Notes: a model not told the origin generated them from the sequence alone. Positions 1-8,835 are shown, counted from the first letter of the stretch. The stretch is 32,000 bases of DNA from Raphidiopsis brookii D9 (GCA_000175855.1 ACYB01000035.1:180001-212000), one strand, 5' to 3'. A program made the numbers and translations.

Positions 1-231
1 CAAGGTAAAAATGATTTTGATATCTTGGGTTATGGCGGTCCTTGTCCACCAAGGGGGATCCACCGTTATTTTTTTCATCTTTACGCATTAGACAAACAGC
101 TACATTTATCAGCTGGTGTAACTAAAAATGACATTATGGTAGCTATGAGAAATCATGTTTTGGCTAATGCCCAACTTATGGGCAAATATCAGCGTGAAAG
201 AGCGATCCCTTATGCTTCTAATTATAAATGA
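1..231 (+). CDS. PEBP / YbhB-YbcL family (Raf-kinase-inhibitor-like) protein, C-terminal part; the 5' end lies outside the window
   Basis: Frame 1 is open from base 1 (QGKNDFDILGYGGPCPPRGIHRYFFHLYALD...), with the stop at 229-231. GPCPP..G.HRY.F.LYALD is the hallmark PEBP pocket motif. Confidence 0.85.
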   Translation, partial: QGKNDFDILGYGGPCPPRGIHRYFFHLYALDKQLHLSAGVTKNDIMVAMRNHVLANAQLMGKYQRERAIPYASNYK

Positions 232-237
232 CAAGGG

Positions 238-259
238 TAGGGAGGATATTTTCTCCCTA
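238..259 (+). terminator. Terminator-like hairpin just after the PEBP stop codon
   Basis: TAGGGAG (238-244), 8-nt loop GATATTTT, CTCCCTA (253-259): a perfect 7-bp stem starting 7 nt after the stop. The downstream T-tract is weak (TTAAT). Confidence 0.3.
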
Positions 260-453
260 TTAATCCTGATGAAAGGATGTTTTCCAGAATGTTGGGTAAG
301 GAGGAGAATAGTTTTTCCCCTTGTCTTCAAAATACTACTGGTTTTTTGAGGATTTTGTCAACATGGAAAAGCTCAGATTTCAAAATTCCATATTTTTGTT
401 TTAATTTACTGACCTTCTACGCTAAACCTTGATGAATAGACTCCCAGAAACTT

Positions 454-1149
454 ATGCAATACAAACAAAGGTCTTTTTTTCTTGCTACCCTGATCCTAGG
501 GGGAATTTTAAGTATTAGTCCTTTGATGACAACTCAGTCTCAAGCAGCAGAATCACTACTAGCACAAGCTGGTAATCGTAAATTACGAGACTTGTTAGAG
601 CAAGGACGAAGATTAGTAGATTTAGGAGATTACAGCGGCGCTATTGCTGTTTATCAAGATGCAGCCAAGTTAGCGCCTAAAAATGCCAAGATTTATTCTG
701 GTATTGGTTATTTGTATGCTCAACAAGGCAATTTTTCACAGTCATTATCTGCTTACCGCCAAGCTATTTCCATCAATCCTAACAATAGTGACTTTTACTA
801 CGCCGTTGGTTATATTAAAGGTAACTTGGGGGATACAGCAGGTGCTAAAGAAGCTTACCGTCGTGCCATCCAGATCAATCGTAACAATTTCAACGCCTAT
901 TTAGGATTAGGTGTAGTTCAGACCCGTTTAGGGGATTATGAGGCTGCACAGTGGGCTTTTAAACAAGCAAACAAAATAGATGGCAATAACCCACGGGTGT
1001 ACGAGTTAATAGGTGCTATGTTTAAACAGCGTAGACAAATGCAAGAAGCTGGTAATGCTTTAAAACAAGCCCTAAGACTATATCGTACTGGTAGGGATAC
1101 GGACGGAATGATTAGGGTAGAAGAGATGTTAAAAGAAATGGGTGGTTGA
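454..1149 (+). CDS. Secreted tetratricopeptide-repeat (TPR) protein
   Basis: ATG start. N-terminal signal-peptide-like segment (FFLATLILGGILSISPLMTTQSQAAE). It is followed by about 5 tandem 34-aa TPR units (AIAVYQDAAKLAPKNAKIYSGIGYLY..., AYRQAISINPNNSDFYYAVG..., AYRRAIQINRNNFNAYLGLG...). Confidence 0.85.
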   Translation: MQYKQRSFFLATLILGGILSISPLMTTQSQAAESLLAQAGNRKLRDLLEQGRRLVDLGDYSGAIAVYQDAAKLAPKNAKIYSGIGYLYAQQGNFSQSLSAYRQAISINPNNSDFYYAVGYIKGNLGDTAGAKEAYRRAIQINRNNFNAYLGLGVVQTRLGDYEAAQWAFKQANKIDGNNPRVYELIGAMFKQRRQMQEAGNALKQALRLYRTGRDTDGMIRVEEMLKEMGG

Positions 1150-1205
1150 CGCTCCCATCGCTAAAAGTGGGGGATTCCCTCTGAGGTAAATTGATTTCAT
1201 GCTTT

Positions 1206-1418
1206 CTAACCTTCATCGTAAGGTTCTAAGTCTAATAAATAAACGTATGGTTCTACCAACTCTGGACGCTGAAAGGCGATCGCCCGCAGTAAATGCCAGT
1301 CATTTAACCCATCAAAAGCATTGCTATAATTATCTAGTTCTAGACGAGCAGCCAAATCTTTGACTTCTGTTGGTGTCATAGCGGCGATTTCTTTCTTAGA
1401 AATGCTTGTAGTTGTCAT
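1206..1418 (-). CDS. Small conserved cyanobacterial protein of unknown function (from memory resembles the DUF2555 family)
   Basis: 70-aa ORF with an ATG start. The sequence ...LAARLELDNYSNAFDGLNDWHLLRAIAFQRPELVEPYVYLLDLEPYDE looks like a well-conserved small protein rather than a random ORF. It carries a HIP1 site in frame. Confidence 0.6.
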   Translation of the reverse strand: MTTTSISKKEIAAMTPTEVKDLAARLELDNYSNAFDGLNDWHLLRAIAFQRPELVEPYVYLLDLEPYDEG

Positions 1419-1485
1419 AATGCTTGCCCCTTTATTTTATAGCGCTAGCGTTTAGCTAGGAGTAGAGTTGTGTGTGAGATTTGAC

Positions 1486-1513
1486 AATCTCCGTGCCTTC
1501 AGGTGCGGAGATT
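1486..1513 (+). other. Strong 12-bp hairpin with a TTCA tetraloop in the intergenic region (function unknown)
   Basis: AATCTCCGTGCC-TTCA-GGTGCGGAGATT gives 12 contiguous pairs as plus-strand RNA (10 Watson-Crick plus 2 G-U). The two G-U pairs become C-A mismatches on the minus strand. A TTGACA hexamer (1481-1486) abuts it. Confidence 0.4.
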
Positions 1514-1691
1514 ATTAAGACATAGCTGTTTTAATATCCTGATCACCCAACAAATTCTACCTGACATAATATATCCTACTCGAGGTTTAAGCAAGATTTG
1601 TAAATATTTATCCAAATTCTAAATTAGAAAAACTGATGGTTTTTATGTTATGATAGGAAATATATTATTTTTATTGGTTGTGTTTTTCTCA

Positions 1692-1765
1692 CGGGATGTA
1701 GCGCAGCTTGGTAGCGCACTTCGTTCGGGACGAAGGGGCCGCTGGTTCGAATCCAGTCATCCCGA
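1692..1765 (+). tRNA. tRNA-Pro (anticodon CGG)
   Basis: Manual cloverleaf:
- acceptor CGGGATG/CATCCCG (7 bp);
- D-arm GCGC-AGCTTGGTA-GCGC;
- anticodon stem CTTCG/CGAAG with loop TTCGGGA (anticodon CGG);
- variable loop GGGCC;
- T-arm GCTGG-TTCGAAT-CCAGT;
- discriminator A; CCA is not encoded. Confidence 0.95.
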
Positions 1766-2087
1766 TTGTAAACTGTGACTTGCCAAATCATTTAACCGCG
1801 TTGACAAACTACCTAGTCATCATCAGACTTATCGTACTGTTCAAAAATAAATCATATATTTATCCTTATGATACCTAAACCTTGAGAAAAAACTGTTCAA
1901 AGTCGCATTCTCTCCTATACCCAAGTGTACGGTGCTTACCTTTGTCAGCACGTTTAAACATAGAATTAAAGCAGATATTTTTTTGATGAAGATTTGACAA
2001 ATTTGATAGAAATAGGAAATTTCAGCTGTTAGGTTATTAGTGGTTGATGATCTTGCTATTGACTGGATATGTAATTAGATAAAAAAC

Positions 2088-4388
2088 ATGATCTTTAATT
2101 ATTATTTGTCAATTGCCAGATATTTGATTAGCGAACCTATTTCAGACCCGACAATTGTTTATCAGAAATATATGAGAATTATTCATCAAGGTCAAAAGAT
2201 TCTTAGTAGTTTATTTTCTCAAAAGTCCTCTTTACTGAAATCTGGAAACAGGGGTTTTCGGATATTACTGGTCACAATTTGTGGATTGATAATAATTTCT
2301 AGCACCACAGCTCAAAATATCACCAATGGTAAATTAGCTACCGCATCTGGATTTGAATATACAACGTCCTGGGTAGGTAATACTATAGGTAAGGGAAAAC
2401 TGAGGGTACAAAATAATATAGAAGCTATGTATGTGACAGCCAATGGGCTGATTTACACCAATAGTATTTGGGATGAAAATGGGGGAGAAGCAGGAATATA
2501 TGAGAATGGTAAACCCATTGCATTTTTAGAAGATTTACATGGTTGGTATCGTCTTGGTGGTAGAGCAGTAACTGCAAATAATAAATATATTTATGTAGCC
2601 ATGAGTCAAGGATCACTTCCAGGTGAAAAAGGAGGTGACAAAGATAGTTATCCACCCCAAGATAAAACTTGGTATTGTGTCAGACGTTATAATTTACAAG
2701 GAAAATCTATTGCTTTTACCCGGGGTAAAGGTTGGGACAAAAGTATGTTGGTTATTAGTGACCAAACGGAAGTAACTGGGTTGGCCACCCTGGGGGATAA
2801 ATTGTTTGTCAGTCATGGGGGTAGTAATATGGTCAGAATTTTCCATAGGGAAACCATGGAAGAAATTGGCAGATTCCCCGTAGAAAATCCTGGAGGAATA
2901 GCTATTGATCACCAGAATAATTTATGGATTATCCAAAATAAAAAAGGGAACAAATCTGGAAAAGTCTTGCACTATAGCCCCTCTGGGAAAAAATTGCCAC
3001 AAGAAATTATGGATGTACAAGATCCAACGGCGATCGCCATGGATCCGAAAAATAGATTATTGGTTGCAGAAAATAGTGAACGCCAGCAGATACTAATTTA
3101 TGAAATAAACAATCAACCTGTACAGGTGGGAACCTTTGGGGATAAAAAAGGTATTTATGGTGGTGTACCGGGAGCAGTTAGAGATTTAAAACTCTATGGT
3201 ATCACTGCCATTGGTACAGATCGAGGAGGCAATCTATATATTAATAGTAATGGCTTCAATAGATCGGGAACAGATCTGAGGAAATTTTCTTCTTCAGGAA
3301 AATTACAATGGCAATTACTGGGTTTAATATTTGTGGATAATGGGGATACGGATCCTCAAAGTGATGGGACAGTCATCTTTACCAAACATGAAAAATACCT
3401 AGTAGATTATAGTAAACCCATTGGTAAACAATGGACTTACCAGTCCTATACTTTAAACCCTTTTAAATATCCTCAAGACCCTCGTTTACACACCGCCCCT
3501 GATGGTCCGATTTTTCGCCGTATTCAAGGCAAACCATTTTTATTTCTGACGGACATGTTTGGGCGTTTATTACAAATTTATCGCTTTCAACCACAAACTG
3601 ATGGGGAAATTGCAGTTCCTGCAGGGATGTTTGTGGGAACTAATGATAAAGGTAAAGCCATTAATGGTAATTGGCCTCCTCATCAACCAAGTAAGGGAGA
3701 ATGGATTTGGCGTGATAAGAATGGTAATGGTGGATTTGAACAAAATGAGTATGAAAGCAGCGAAGATTATTTATATATAGGTGGTTGGTGGGTAGATACT
3801 AAGGGGGACGTATGGAAAACCCTACGGACTGAGGATGGTATTCGTCACTATCCTCTGCAGGGATTGGATGGTCGGGGAAATCCAATTTATAGCTATGGTT
3901 CTATGAAAAGAGAAAGAACTCCTAGTATGTTTCGAGATTTGCGCAGGATTGAATATTTCCCAGACACAGATACTATGTATTTGTCTGGTTTTACGGTTGA
4001 TCATCCTTCCGTTGGTGATGATACTGGGGTTGTGGGATCAGAAATTATCCGCTTTGATCGCTGGAGTCAAGGAAATCGCACTCCTAGATGGCGAGCAGTA
4101 ATTCCCTATGACAATACGGGTCAACGAGAAATATCTACTGCTGCTATGAGTGTAGCAGGCGATTATATATTTGCTGTTACAGTTAAAACTGCCGAGGTTT
4201 ATGTTTATAAAAACGATACCGGAAAATTTGTGCGCAAATTTGGTCCGGGTCCAGAAGTTGGTGAGGAAAGTGGTTGGGTGGATATTCCCCATGGTATCCG
4301 AGCTTTTCGTCGTCGCAATGGTGAATATTTATTGTTTGTAGAGGAGAATAGAAATGGCAAGGTGATTATTTATCGATTCCGTTTTTAA
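2088..4388 (+). CDS. Large secreted or membrane-anchored beta-propeller-like protein, function unknown
   Basis: 766-aa ORF. An alternative ATG at 2172 (MRIIHQGQ...) is more likely to be the true start. A hydrophobic signal/anchor (FRILLVTICGLIIISSTTAQN) is present. The remainder is rich in short beta-strand/Gly-Asn/Trp blades resembling NHL or SMP-30 type repeats (NNLWIIQN, NRLLVAENS..ILIYE, GGNLYINSNG, GDVWKT, GDYIFAVT). I recognised no catalytic motif. Confidence 0.6.
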   Translation: MIFNYYLSIARYLISEPISDPTIVYQKYMRIIHQGQKILSSLFSQKSSLLKSGNRGFRILLVTICGLIIISSTTAQNITNGKLATASGFEYTTSWVGNTIGKGKLRVQNNIEAMYVTANGLIYTNSIWDENGGEAGIYENGKPIAFLEDLHGWYRLGGRAVTANNKYIYVAMSQGSLPGEKGGDKDSYPPQDKTWYCVRRYNLQGKSIAFTRGKGWDKSMLVISDQTEVTGLATLGDKLFVSHGGSNMVRIFHRETMEEIGRFPVENPGGIAIDHQNNLWIIQNKKGNKSGKVLHYSPSGKKLPQEIMDVQDPTAIAMDPKNRLLVAENSERQQILIYEINNQPVQVGTFGDKKGIYGGVPGAVRDLKLYGITAIGTDRGGNLYINSNGFNRSGTDLRKFSSSGKLQWQLLGLIFVDNGDTDPQSDGTVIFTKHEKYLVDYSKPIGKQWTYQSYTLNPFKYPQDPRLHTAPDGPIFRRIQGKPFLFLTDMFGRLLQIYRFQPQTDGEIAVPAGMFVGTNDKGKAINGNWPPHQPSKGEWIWRDKNGNGGFEQNEYESSEDYLYIGGWWVDTKGDVWKTLRTEDGIRHYPLQGLDGRGNPIYSYGSMKRERTPSMFRDLRRIEYFPDTDTMYLSGFTVDHPSVGDDTGVVGSEIIRFDRWSQGNRTPRWRAVIPYDNTGQREISTAAMSVAGDYIFAVTVKTAEVYVYKNDTGKFVRKFGPGPEVGEESGWVDIPHGIRAFRRRNGEYLLFVEENRNGKVIIYRFRF

Positions 4389-4568
4389 AAACAATCACCA
4401 TCTTCATATTCACATTCTGAATTTACACAATCAACAAATATTGGGTGTCTACATTTATTATCATAGTGAATAGGTTGTTAGCTAAATTATGGCTTTAGGT
4501 ATAATGCCTACGGCTATGGGATTGATGTTCATTAACAAGTTAATCCGTAATTAATAAATGACGGTTTT

Positions 4569-5372
4569 ATGAGTAGTTTTATGAGGAATATGCAAAAAAC
4601 AACTTTGAGTAAATTACAAAGATTAATTCCCATTCATTTTTTAAGTACCATTCAGTATATCCATGCCTGTTTAATTTCCCACTGGATTTTACGATGGGGG
4701 AGTCAACCAATAGCATTGACCACAGCACCAGTTATGGTTTTCTCTCCCCATCAGGATGATGAAACTTTTGGCTGCGGGGGAATGATTGCTCGCAAACGAC
4801 AACAGGAAATTAGGGTGGGAGTGGTGTTTCTTACCGATGGAAGAGGTTCCCATGGACTAGAACCTAATATTCAAAATCAGGTTATGCAAATTCGTCAGCA
4901 GGAGTCCCTACAAGCATTACAGATTTTGGGAGTTCCCGAGACAGAAATTAAGTTTTTAAATAGGGAGGATGGCAGTTTATTAGATTTAAATATTTCTCAA
5001 AAAAGACAACTGGTCTCAGAAATAGTTACTTTGTTAAGAGATTATCAACCAGGCGAGGTTTATGTGCCTCACTTTAAAGATTGTCACAGAGATCACGAAG
5101 CTACATATTCTCTGGTGAAAGAGGCGATCGCCGAAAGTGGAATTAGCGTAGAGATTTTGCAGTACCCTATTTGGATATTTTGGAGAGCACCATTATTTAT
5201 TCTGTTAAAATTACGGGATATTGCCCCAGCTTATAGATTATCAGTTGCACAAGTTCAATCTCAAAAACAACAGGCGATCGCCGCCTATTCTTCTCAAATA
5301 GCCACTCTTCCTCGGGGCTTCATTAAGAGATTTTTACAAGCGGAAGAAATCTTCTTTAAAATGGAATATTAA
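4569..5372 (+). CDS. PIG-L / LmbE family N-acetylglucosaminyl deacetylase
   Basis: VMVFSPHQDDETFGCGG (PIG-L zinc-site motif, [AS]PHPDDE-like) and a downstream HRDHEAT motif. A perfect TATAAT lies at 4500-4505, 64 nt upstream of the ATG. Confidence 0.85.
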   Translation: MSSFMRNMQKTTLSKLQRLIPIHFLSTIQYIHACLISHWILRWGSQPIALTTAPVMVFSPHQDDETFGCGGMIARKRQQEIRVGVVFLTDGRGSHGLEPNIQNQVMQIRQQESLQALQILGVPETEIKFLNREDGSLLDLNISQKRQLVSEIVTLLRDYQPGEVYVPHFKDCHRDHEATYSLVKEAIAESGISVEILQYPIWIFWRAPLFILLKLRDIAPAYRLSVAQVQSQKQQAIAAYSSQIATLPRGFIKRFLQAEEIFFKMEY

Positions 5373-5417
5373 TTCTAGAAGAAATCAGTTTAACAAAATC
5401 CTGAGGAGTAAAAATAA

Positions 5418-6530
5418 ATGCGAATTTTACACTTAACTAACCATATTCAAAATGTTGGTAATGGTATTGTCAATGTGGCAGTAGATTTGGCTTGTTTACA
5501 AGCCAAAGATGGCTTACAAGTGGGAATTGCTTCCCTGGGAGGAGAATACGAAATACTCTTAGAAAAATATGGTATTTCTCACTTTGAATTAGACCAGTCC
5601 CGGAGAATCACCAAGTTAATTAAGGCAGTTTATTCCTACCGGGACATAATTAAAAAATTTCAACCTCATATTGTTCATTGCCACATGATGACAGGAGTTT
5701 TACTAGCAGGAATTTTTAGAAATAATCAGGAATATGGTTTAGTTGCTACAGTGCATAATGAATTCCAACCCAGTGCAATATTAATGGGATTAGCAGATCG
5801 GGTAATTGCAGTCAGTCATGCGGTGGCTAATTCGATGATCAGTCGTGGAATCCCATCCCACAAATTGCGGGTAGTTAGTAATGGCACTTTCGGGAGTCCC
5901 AGACATAAAAAAATTCAAGAATATCAACCTATGAAATTACATCGTCCAGCTATTACTACCGTAGCAGGAATGTACACGCGCAAAGGCATTAGTGAATTAA
6001 TTCAAGGCTTTCAACTCATTGCCCAGGATTTTCCTCAAGCTCATCTCTATATCGTGGGTGAAGGTCCAGATCGGACTATGTTTGAAGCGATGGTGCAAAA
6101 GTCTGGGGAACTTAAACATCGTATTCATTTTGAAGGGTTTCAACCGGAACCACAAAGATATATGTTGTCAACAGATATCTTTGTTTTGGCTTCCCATTGT
6201 GAGTCATTTGGTTTGGTTCTCACAGAAGCTAGAGAAACCGGTTGTGCTATTGTTGCTACTGACGTAGATGGCATTCCGGAAACTTTAGATTATGGTGAAG
6301 CAGGTATTTTAGTTCCTCCTCAAGATAGTCAAAGTTTAGCTTATGCTTTAATACAACTCCTGAGCGATCGCCATAAGTTACAAGCATGGAAATTACGTGG
6401 TCAAAAAAATCTTCAAAGATTTAGCACCACACGTGTGAGTGAGGAGACTTTGAACATATATCGTGAATTAAGCAACAAATATAATGTCTTCTCCTCTATT
6501 GACACCAGGCAATTGGTAACAGGTAAGTAG
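5418..6530 (+). CDS. Glycosyltransferase family 4 (GT-B fold)
   Basis: RBS GAGGAG lies 10 nt upstream of the ATG. The N-terminus is MRILHLTNH...GNGIVNV. C-terminal E-x7-E region: ESFGLVLTEARETGCAIVATDVDGIPE. Confidence 0.85.
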   Translation: MRILHLTNHIQNVGNGIVNVAVDLACLQAKDGLQVGIASLGGEYEILLEKYGISHFELDQSRRITKLIKAVYSYRDIIKKFQPHIVHCHMMTGVLLAGIFRNNQEYGLVATVHNEFQPSAILMGLADRVIAVSHAVANSMISRGIPSHKLRVVSNGTFGSPRHKKIQEYQPMKLHRPAITTVAGMYTRKGISELIQGFQLIAQDFPQAHLYIVGEGPDRTMFEAMVQKSGELKHRIHFEGFQPEPQRYMLSTDIFVLASHCESFGLVLTEARETGCAIVATDVDGIPETLDYGEAGILVPPQDSQSLAYALIQLLSDRHKLQAWKLRGQKNLQRFSTTRVSEETLNIYRELSNKYNVFSSIDTRQLVTGK

Positions 6531-6551
6531 TCATTATTTGGAGGATAATTT

Positions 6552-6574
6552 AAAAATCTAGATCAAGTCTAGAT
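6552..6574 (-). terminator. Weak intrinsic terminator downstream of the aspartoacylase-family gene
   Basis: Read on the minus strand: ATCTAGA-CTTGA-TCTAGAT (7-bp stem with only 2 G-C pairs) followed by TTTTTAAATT. On the plus strand the same sequence reads as the tandem 11-mer tctagatcaag x2 (6557-6578). Confidence 0.35.
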
Positions 6575-6607
6575 CAAGCCATATTGTTACTTATTAATCT
6601 CCTATAA

Positions 6608-7519
6608 CTATATATGAACTAATTTTTTCTGAGTCAAATGCATGGCAATTCCTTTTTCATAATAGGCAGCTTCGTTAATAAAAACTGGATAAACGGTAGA
6701 CTTTCCTTGGTAAAAAATCTCTTGATTATCAAAGGTCAGAAAAATTGCATCACCGAAATTTAGTGGTTGATAATCTTTATATTCAAGTTGGGGATGAATC
6801 ATCCCTTGGAGATCCCCCGATTCATTTCTGGGGTAGTCAACTGTACTCATAAATTCATAAACGTTTAGTTTCTTCCCATTTGACTTCTGATTAATGGAAA
6901 TTTTGCCTTGATTATAGTTTTCAAAAAAATCTAATATTGCATAAATGATTTTTGCTGTTTGTTGAAATAGTTGGGCATTTAAAATTCCTTGAGGGACAGG
7001 ACCTACTTCTAAAGTGAAACCTAGTTCACTTAAAGAACGCAAAAAACCACCATCTGGTGTTGGTGGGCGAAAACATACTTTAATTAGGGGACTTATGCTA
7101 ATTAGGTGAGATCCCAAAGTGATCAGTACGGGGTTCATATTACTAATAATCATACATAATCCCATATTGGCAGTGGTTGTATGTATGTCAATTATAGCAT
7201 CTAATTTTTGGGGATGGTGTGGTTGCAGAAGTTGCCAAATTTCCCTAGCTCTTGATTCCTCATATATAGAAGTATTGGCATTCAATAAGATGTCTTTGGT
7301 AAAACAACGATTCAAATCTTTATCAACATATCTTCTCCCAGCATTAATAGCTGGGGTGTTACCAAGTAAACAGATGGTTTCAAAACTTTCTCTCTTAATT
7401 AAATTCCCATACTTTTCAAAGGTTTTGACCAAATAAACTCCAATTAGTTCATTACCGTGAATTCCTCCTGCAATTATTACTCGACTGATTTCACTATTAA
7501 TTGCCTGGTATGCTAACAT
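6608..7519 (-). CDS. Aspartoacylase / succinylglutamate desuccinylase (AstE-AspA) family zinc deacylase
   Basis: IIAGGIHGNELIGVYL (H-x-x-E zinc ligands), DKDLNRCF and IIDIHTTTANMG are the three family signature blocks. ATG start. Confidence 0.8.
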   Translation of the reverse strand: MLAYQAINSEISRVIIAGGIHGNELIGVYLVKTFEKYGNLIKRESFETICLLGNTPAINAGRRYVDKDLNRCFTKDILLNANTSIYEESRAREIWQLLQPHHPQKLDAIIDIHTTTANMGLCMIISNMNPVLITLGSHLISISPLIKVCFRPPTPDGGFLRSLSELGFTLEVGPVPQGILNAQLFQQTAKIIYAILDFFENYNQGKISINQKSNGKKLNVYEFMSTVDYPRNESGDLQGMIHPQLEYKDYQPLNFGDAIFLTFDNQEIFYQGKSTVYPVFINEAAYYEKGIAMHLTQKKLVHI

Positions 7520-7584
7520 TTTGATGCCCTACTTTGATGTTTTTAGATGTTTTATCAGTCTAGCATCTTTGGTAGTTTGTTTTA

Positions 7585-8835
7585 TTAATAATGGTGTTTA
7601 TAATATTTATGGGCAGCCATAGATACAGCTAAGAACCCCCACATAATCATACCCGCAACACCTAACATCCCGCTGTAAATAATTAACTGAGCACAGGCAC
7701 TTATACCAATAGCACGAGCTGCACTGATAAAAACATCCCGTTTAGCTTCAGTATACTTAATCACGGAAACCAGAAGAAGGAATAGTCCGCTAGTATAGGG
7801 TATGGCACCAAACCAACCTAGGGTAAGAAACATATCTAAAATACCACTATCAATCACGATGACTTTAATTTGTCCTGTCTTTTCATCCACTTCCCAAATA
7901 TTTCCTAACCCATGACCAAAAGCAGTAGAAAGTGCTACATTTAGACTCTCATTGTAAGTTCTAGACCTATCCTGAAAACTGCTATCTTTCTCTAAGTTAG
8001 AAAAACTTTCAAGCCGAGTAGTCACAACTTCAGAAATAGGTTTTATAGTGACCAGGGGTATAATGGTAAGAACAATTACTAAAATAATCATCCCTAGGCG
8101 CATCCGAATTTTTGTTTTTACAGAACCTAACATGATGATTATTCCTAATAACCAACATCCCCAACTAGTCCGAACTTGTGATAGTAAAAATGACAAATAC
8201 CCTACCAGTGAAGCAGGAAAAATTAAGGGTCCATAACTGGTAAATAGCAATATTAATCCTGTTTGCATAACTGCACCGAAAGTACCCGGTGAGTGCAGAA
8301 TACTCCAAACTCTCATGCCAAATGCTTCGGGAGATCCAGCACTGGTAAACATTTTTGATTCTATTAACCAAAATTTGTCCCACTCAGGAGCAAATATAAA
8401 TTGATATATCCCATAAGCTCCTATTAGTAAAACAGCCCAAACAAATACCCGTTGCGTATTTCGTCCATAACTGGGATAATCTCGCCAGTTGATAAACAAA
8501 TGAAAGGCAAAAATAATTGGAGTAAACCAGTCTAAAAAGCCTCGGATAACTGATATTGGTTGATTGTAAAGTAATCCAACTAATAAGCCATAAATAACAC
8601 CAATTAAAGCTAAGATAAAGGGTAATCCTCCATCTTTGAGAGTCCGAGGCAAATTTTTAATTACTGAAGCAGTAGTTATAAGTACTACTAAATAAGGTGC
8701 TACCAAAATTTGACGGGTAGGATCCCAACCTACCCGATAGTCTATTAACCTGGCTAACAATGGGGTGATAAACCATATCCACCAAGTAAAACCAAGATAG
8801 AGAATGGGATGACGCAAATATAAAAATATTCCCAC
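7585..8835 (-). CDS. O-antigen ligase / polymerase family (Wzy_C-type) integral membrane protein
   Basis: 416 aa and about 10-12 hydrophobic helices. There is a large loop region in the C-terminal third (VTTRLESFSNLEKDSSFQDRSRTYNESL...GHGLGN), as in Wzy_C proteins. GTG start at 8835, which is the first start codon after an in-frame TAA. Confidence 0.7.
   Translation of the reverse strand: MGIFLYLRHPILYLGFTWWIWFITPLLARLIDYRVGWDPTRQILVAPYLVVLITTASVIKNLPRTLKDGGLPFILALIGVIYGLLVGLLYNQPISVIRGFLDWFTPIIFAFHLFINWRDYPSYGRNTQRVFVWAVLLIGAYGIYQFIFAPEWDKFWLIESKMFTSAGSPEAFGMRVWSILHSPGTFGAVMQTGLILLFTSYGPLIFPASLVGYLSFLLSQVRTSWGCWLLGIIIMLGSVKTKIRMRLGMIILVIVLTIIPLVTIKPISEVVTTRLESFSNLEKDSSFQDRSRTYNESLNVALSTAFGHGLGNIWEVDEKTGQIKVIVIDSGILDMFLTLGWFGAIPYTSGLFLLLVSVIKYTEAKRDVFISAARAIGISACAQLIIYSGMLGVAGMIMWGFLAVSMAAHKYYKHHY

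Noticed and set aside
109-349. Small ORFs (73 aa on the minus strand, 64 aa on the plus strand) overlapping the PEBP 3' end and the downstream spacer.
   Set aside because: They overlap a motif-supported CDS and a terminator-like hairpin. Their sequences look random, so there is no support for coding.
1927-1939. NtcA-like palindrome tGTAcggtgctTACc upstream of the beta-propeller gene.
   Set aside because: The spacing is GTA-N7-TAC, not the canonical GTA-N8-TAC. No suitably placed -10 box was evident either.
1692-2087. The idea that tRNA-Pro marks the integration site of a genomic island carrying the glycan genes.
   Set aside because: I saw no integrase or recombinase ORF and no direct repeat of the tRNA 3' end elsewhere in the window. 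HIP1 sites are spread through the downstream genes. The layout looks chromosomal and ancestral.
4489-4554. 21-codon ORF (MALGIMPTAMGLMFINKLIRN) upstream of the PIG-L gene.
   Set aside because: It is too short to support and has no convincing RBS. The perfect TATAAT inside it (4500-4505) is more simply read as the -10 box of the PIG-L/GT4 transcription unit.
6557-6578. Perfect tandem duplication tctagatcaag x2 in the convergent spacer.
   Set aside because: It is only two copies of 11 bp. It is adequately explained as the arms and loop of the weak minus-strand terminator hairpin (6552-6574), so it is not a repeat array or CRISPR-like element.
7119-7436. 105-aa plus-strand ORF inside the aspartoacylase-family gene. 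Similar antisense ORFs lie at 9534-9827, 10450-10677, 11934-12191, 17534-17861 and 21979-22254.
   Set aside because: All are embedded antisense in genes with clear family motifs. None shows a domain signature, and they are best explained as chance open frames.
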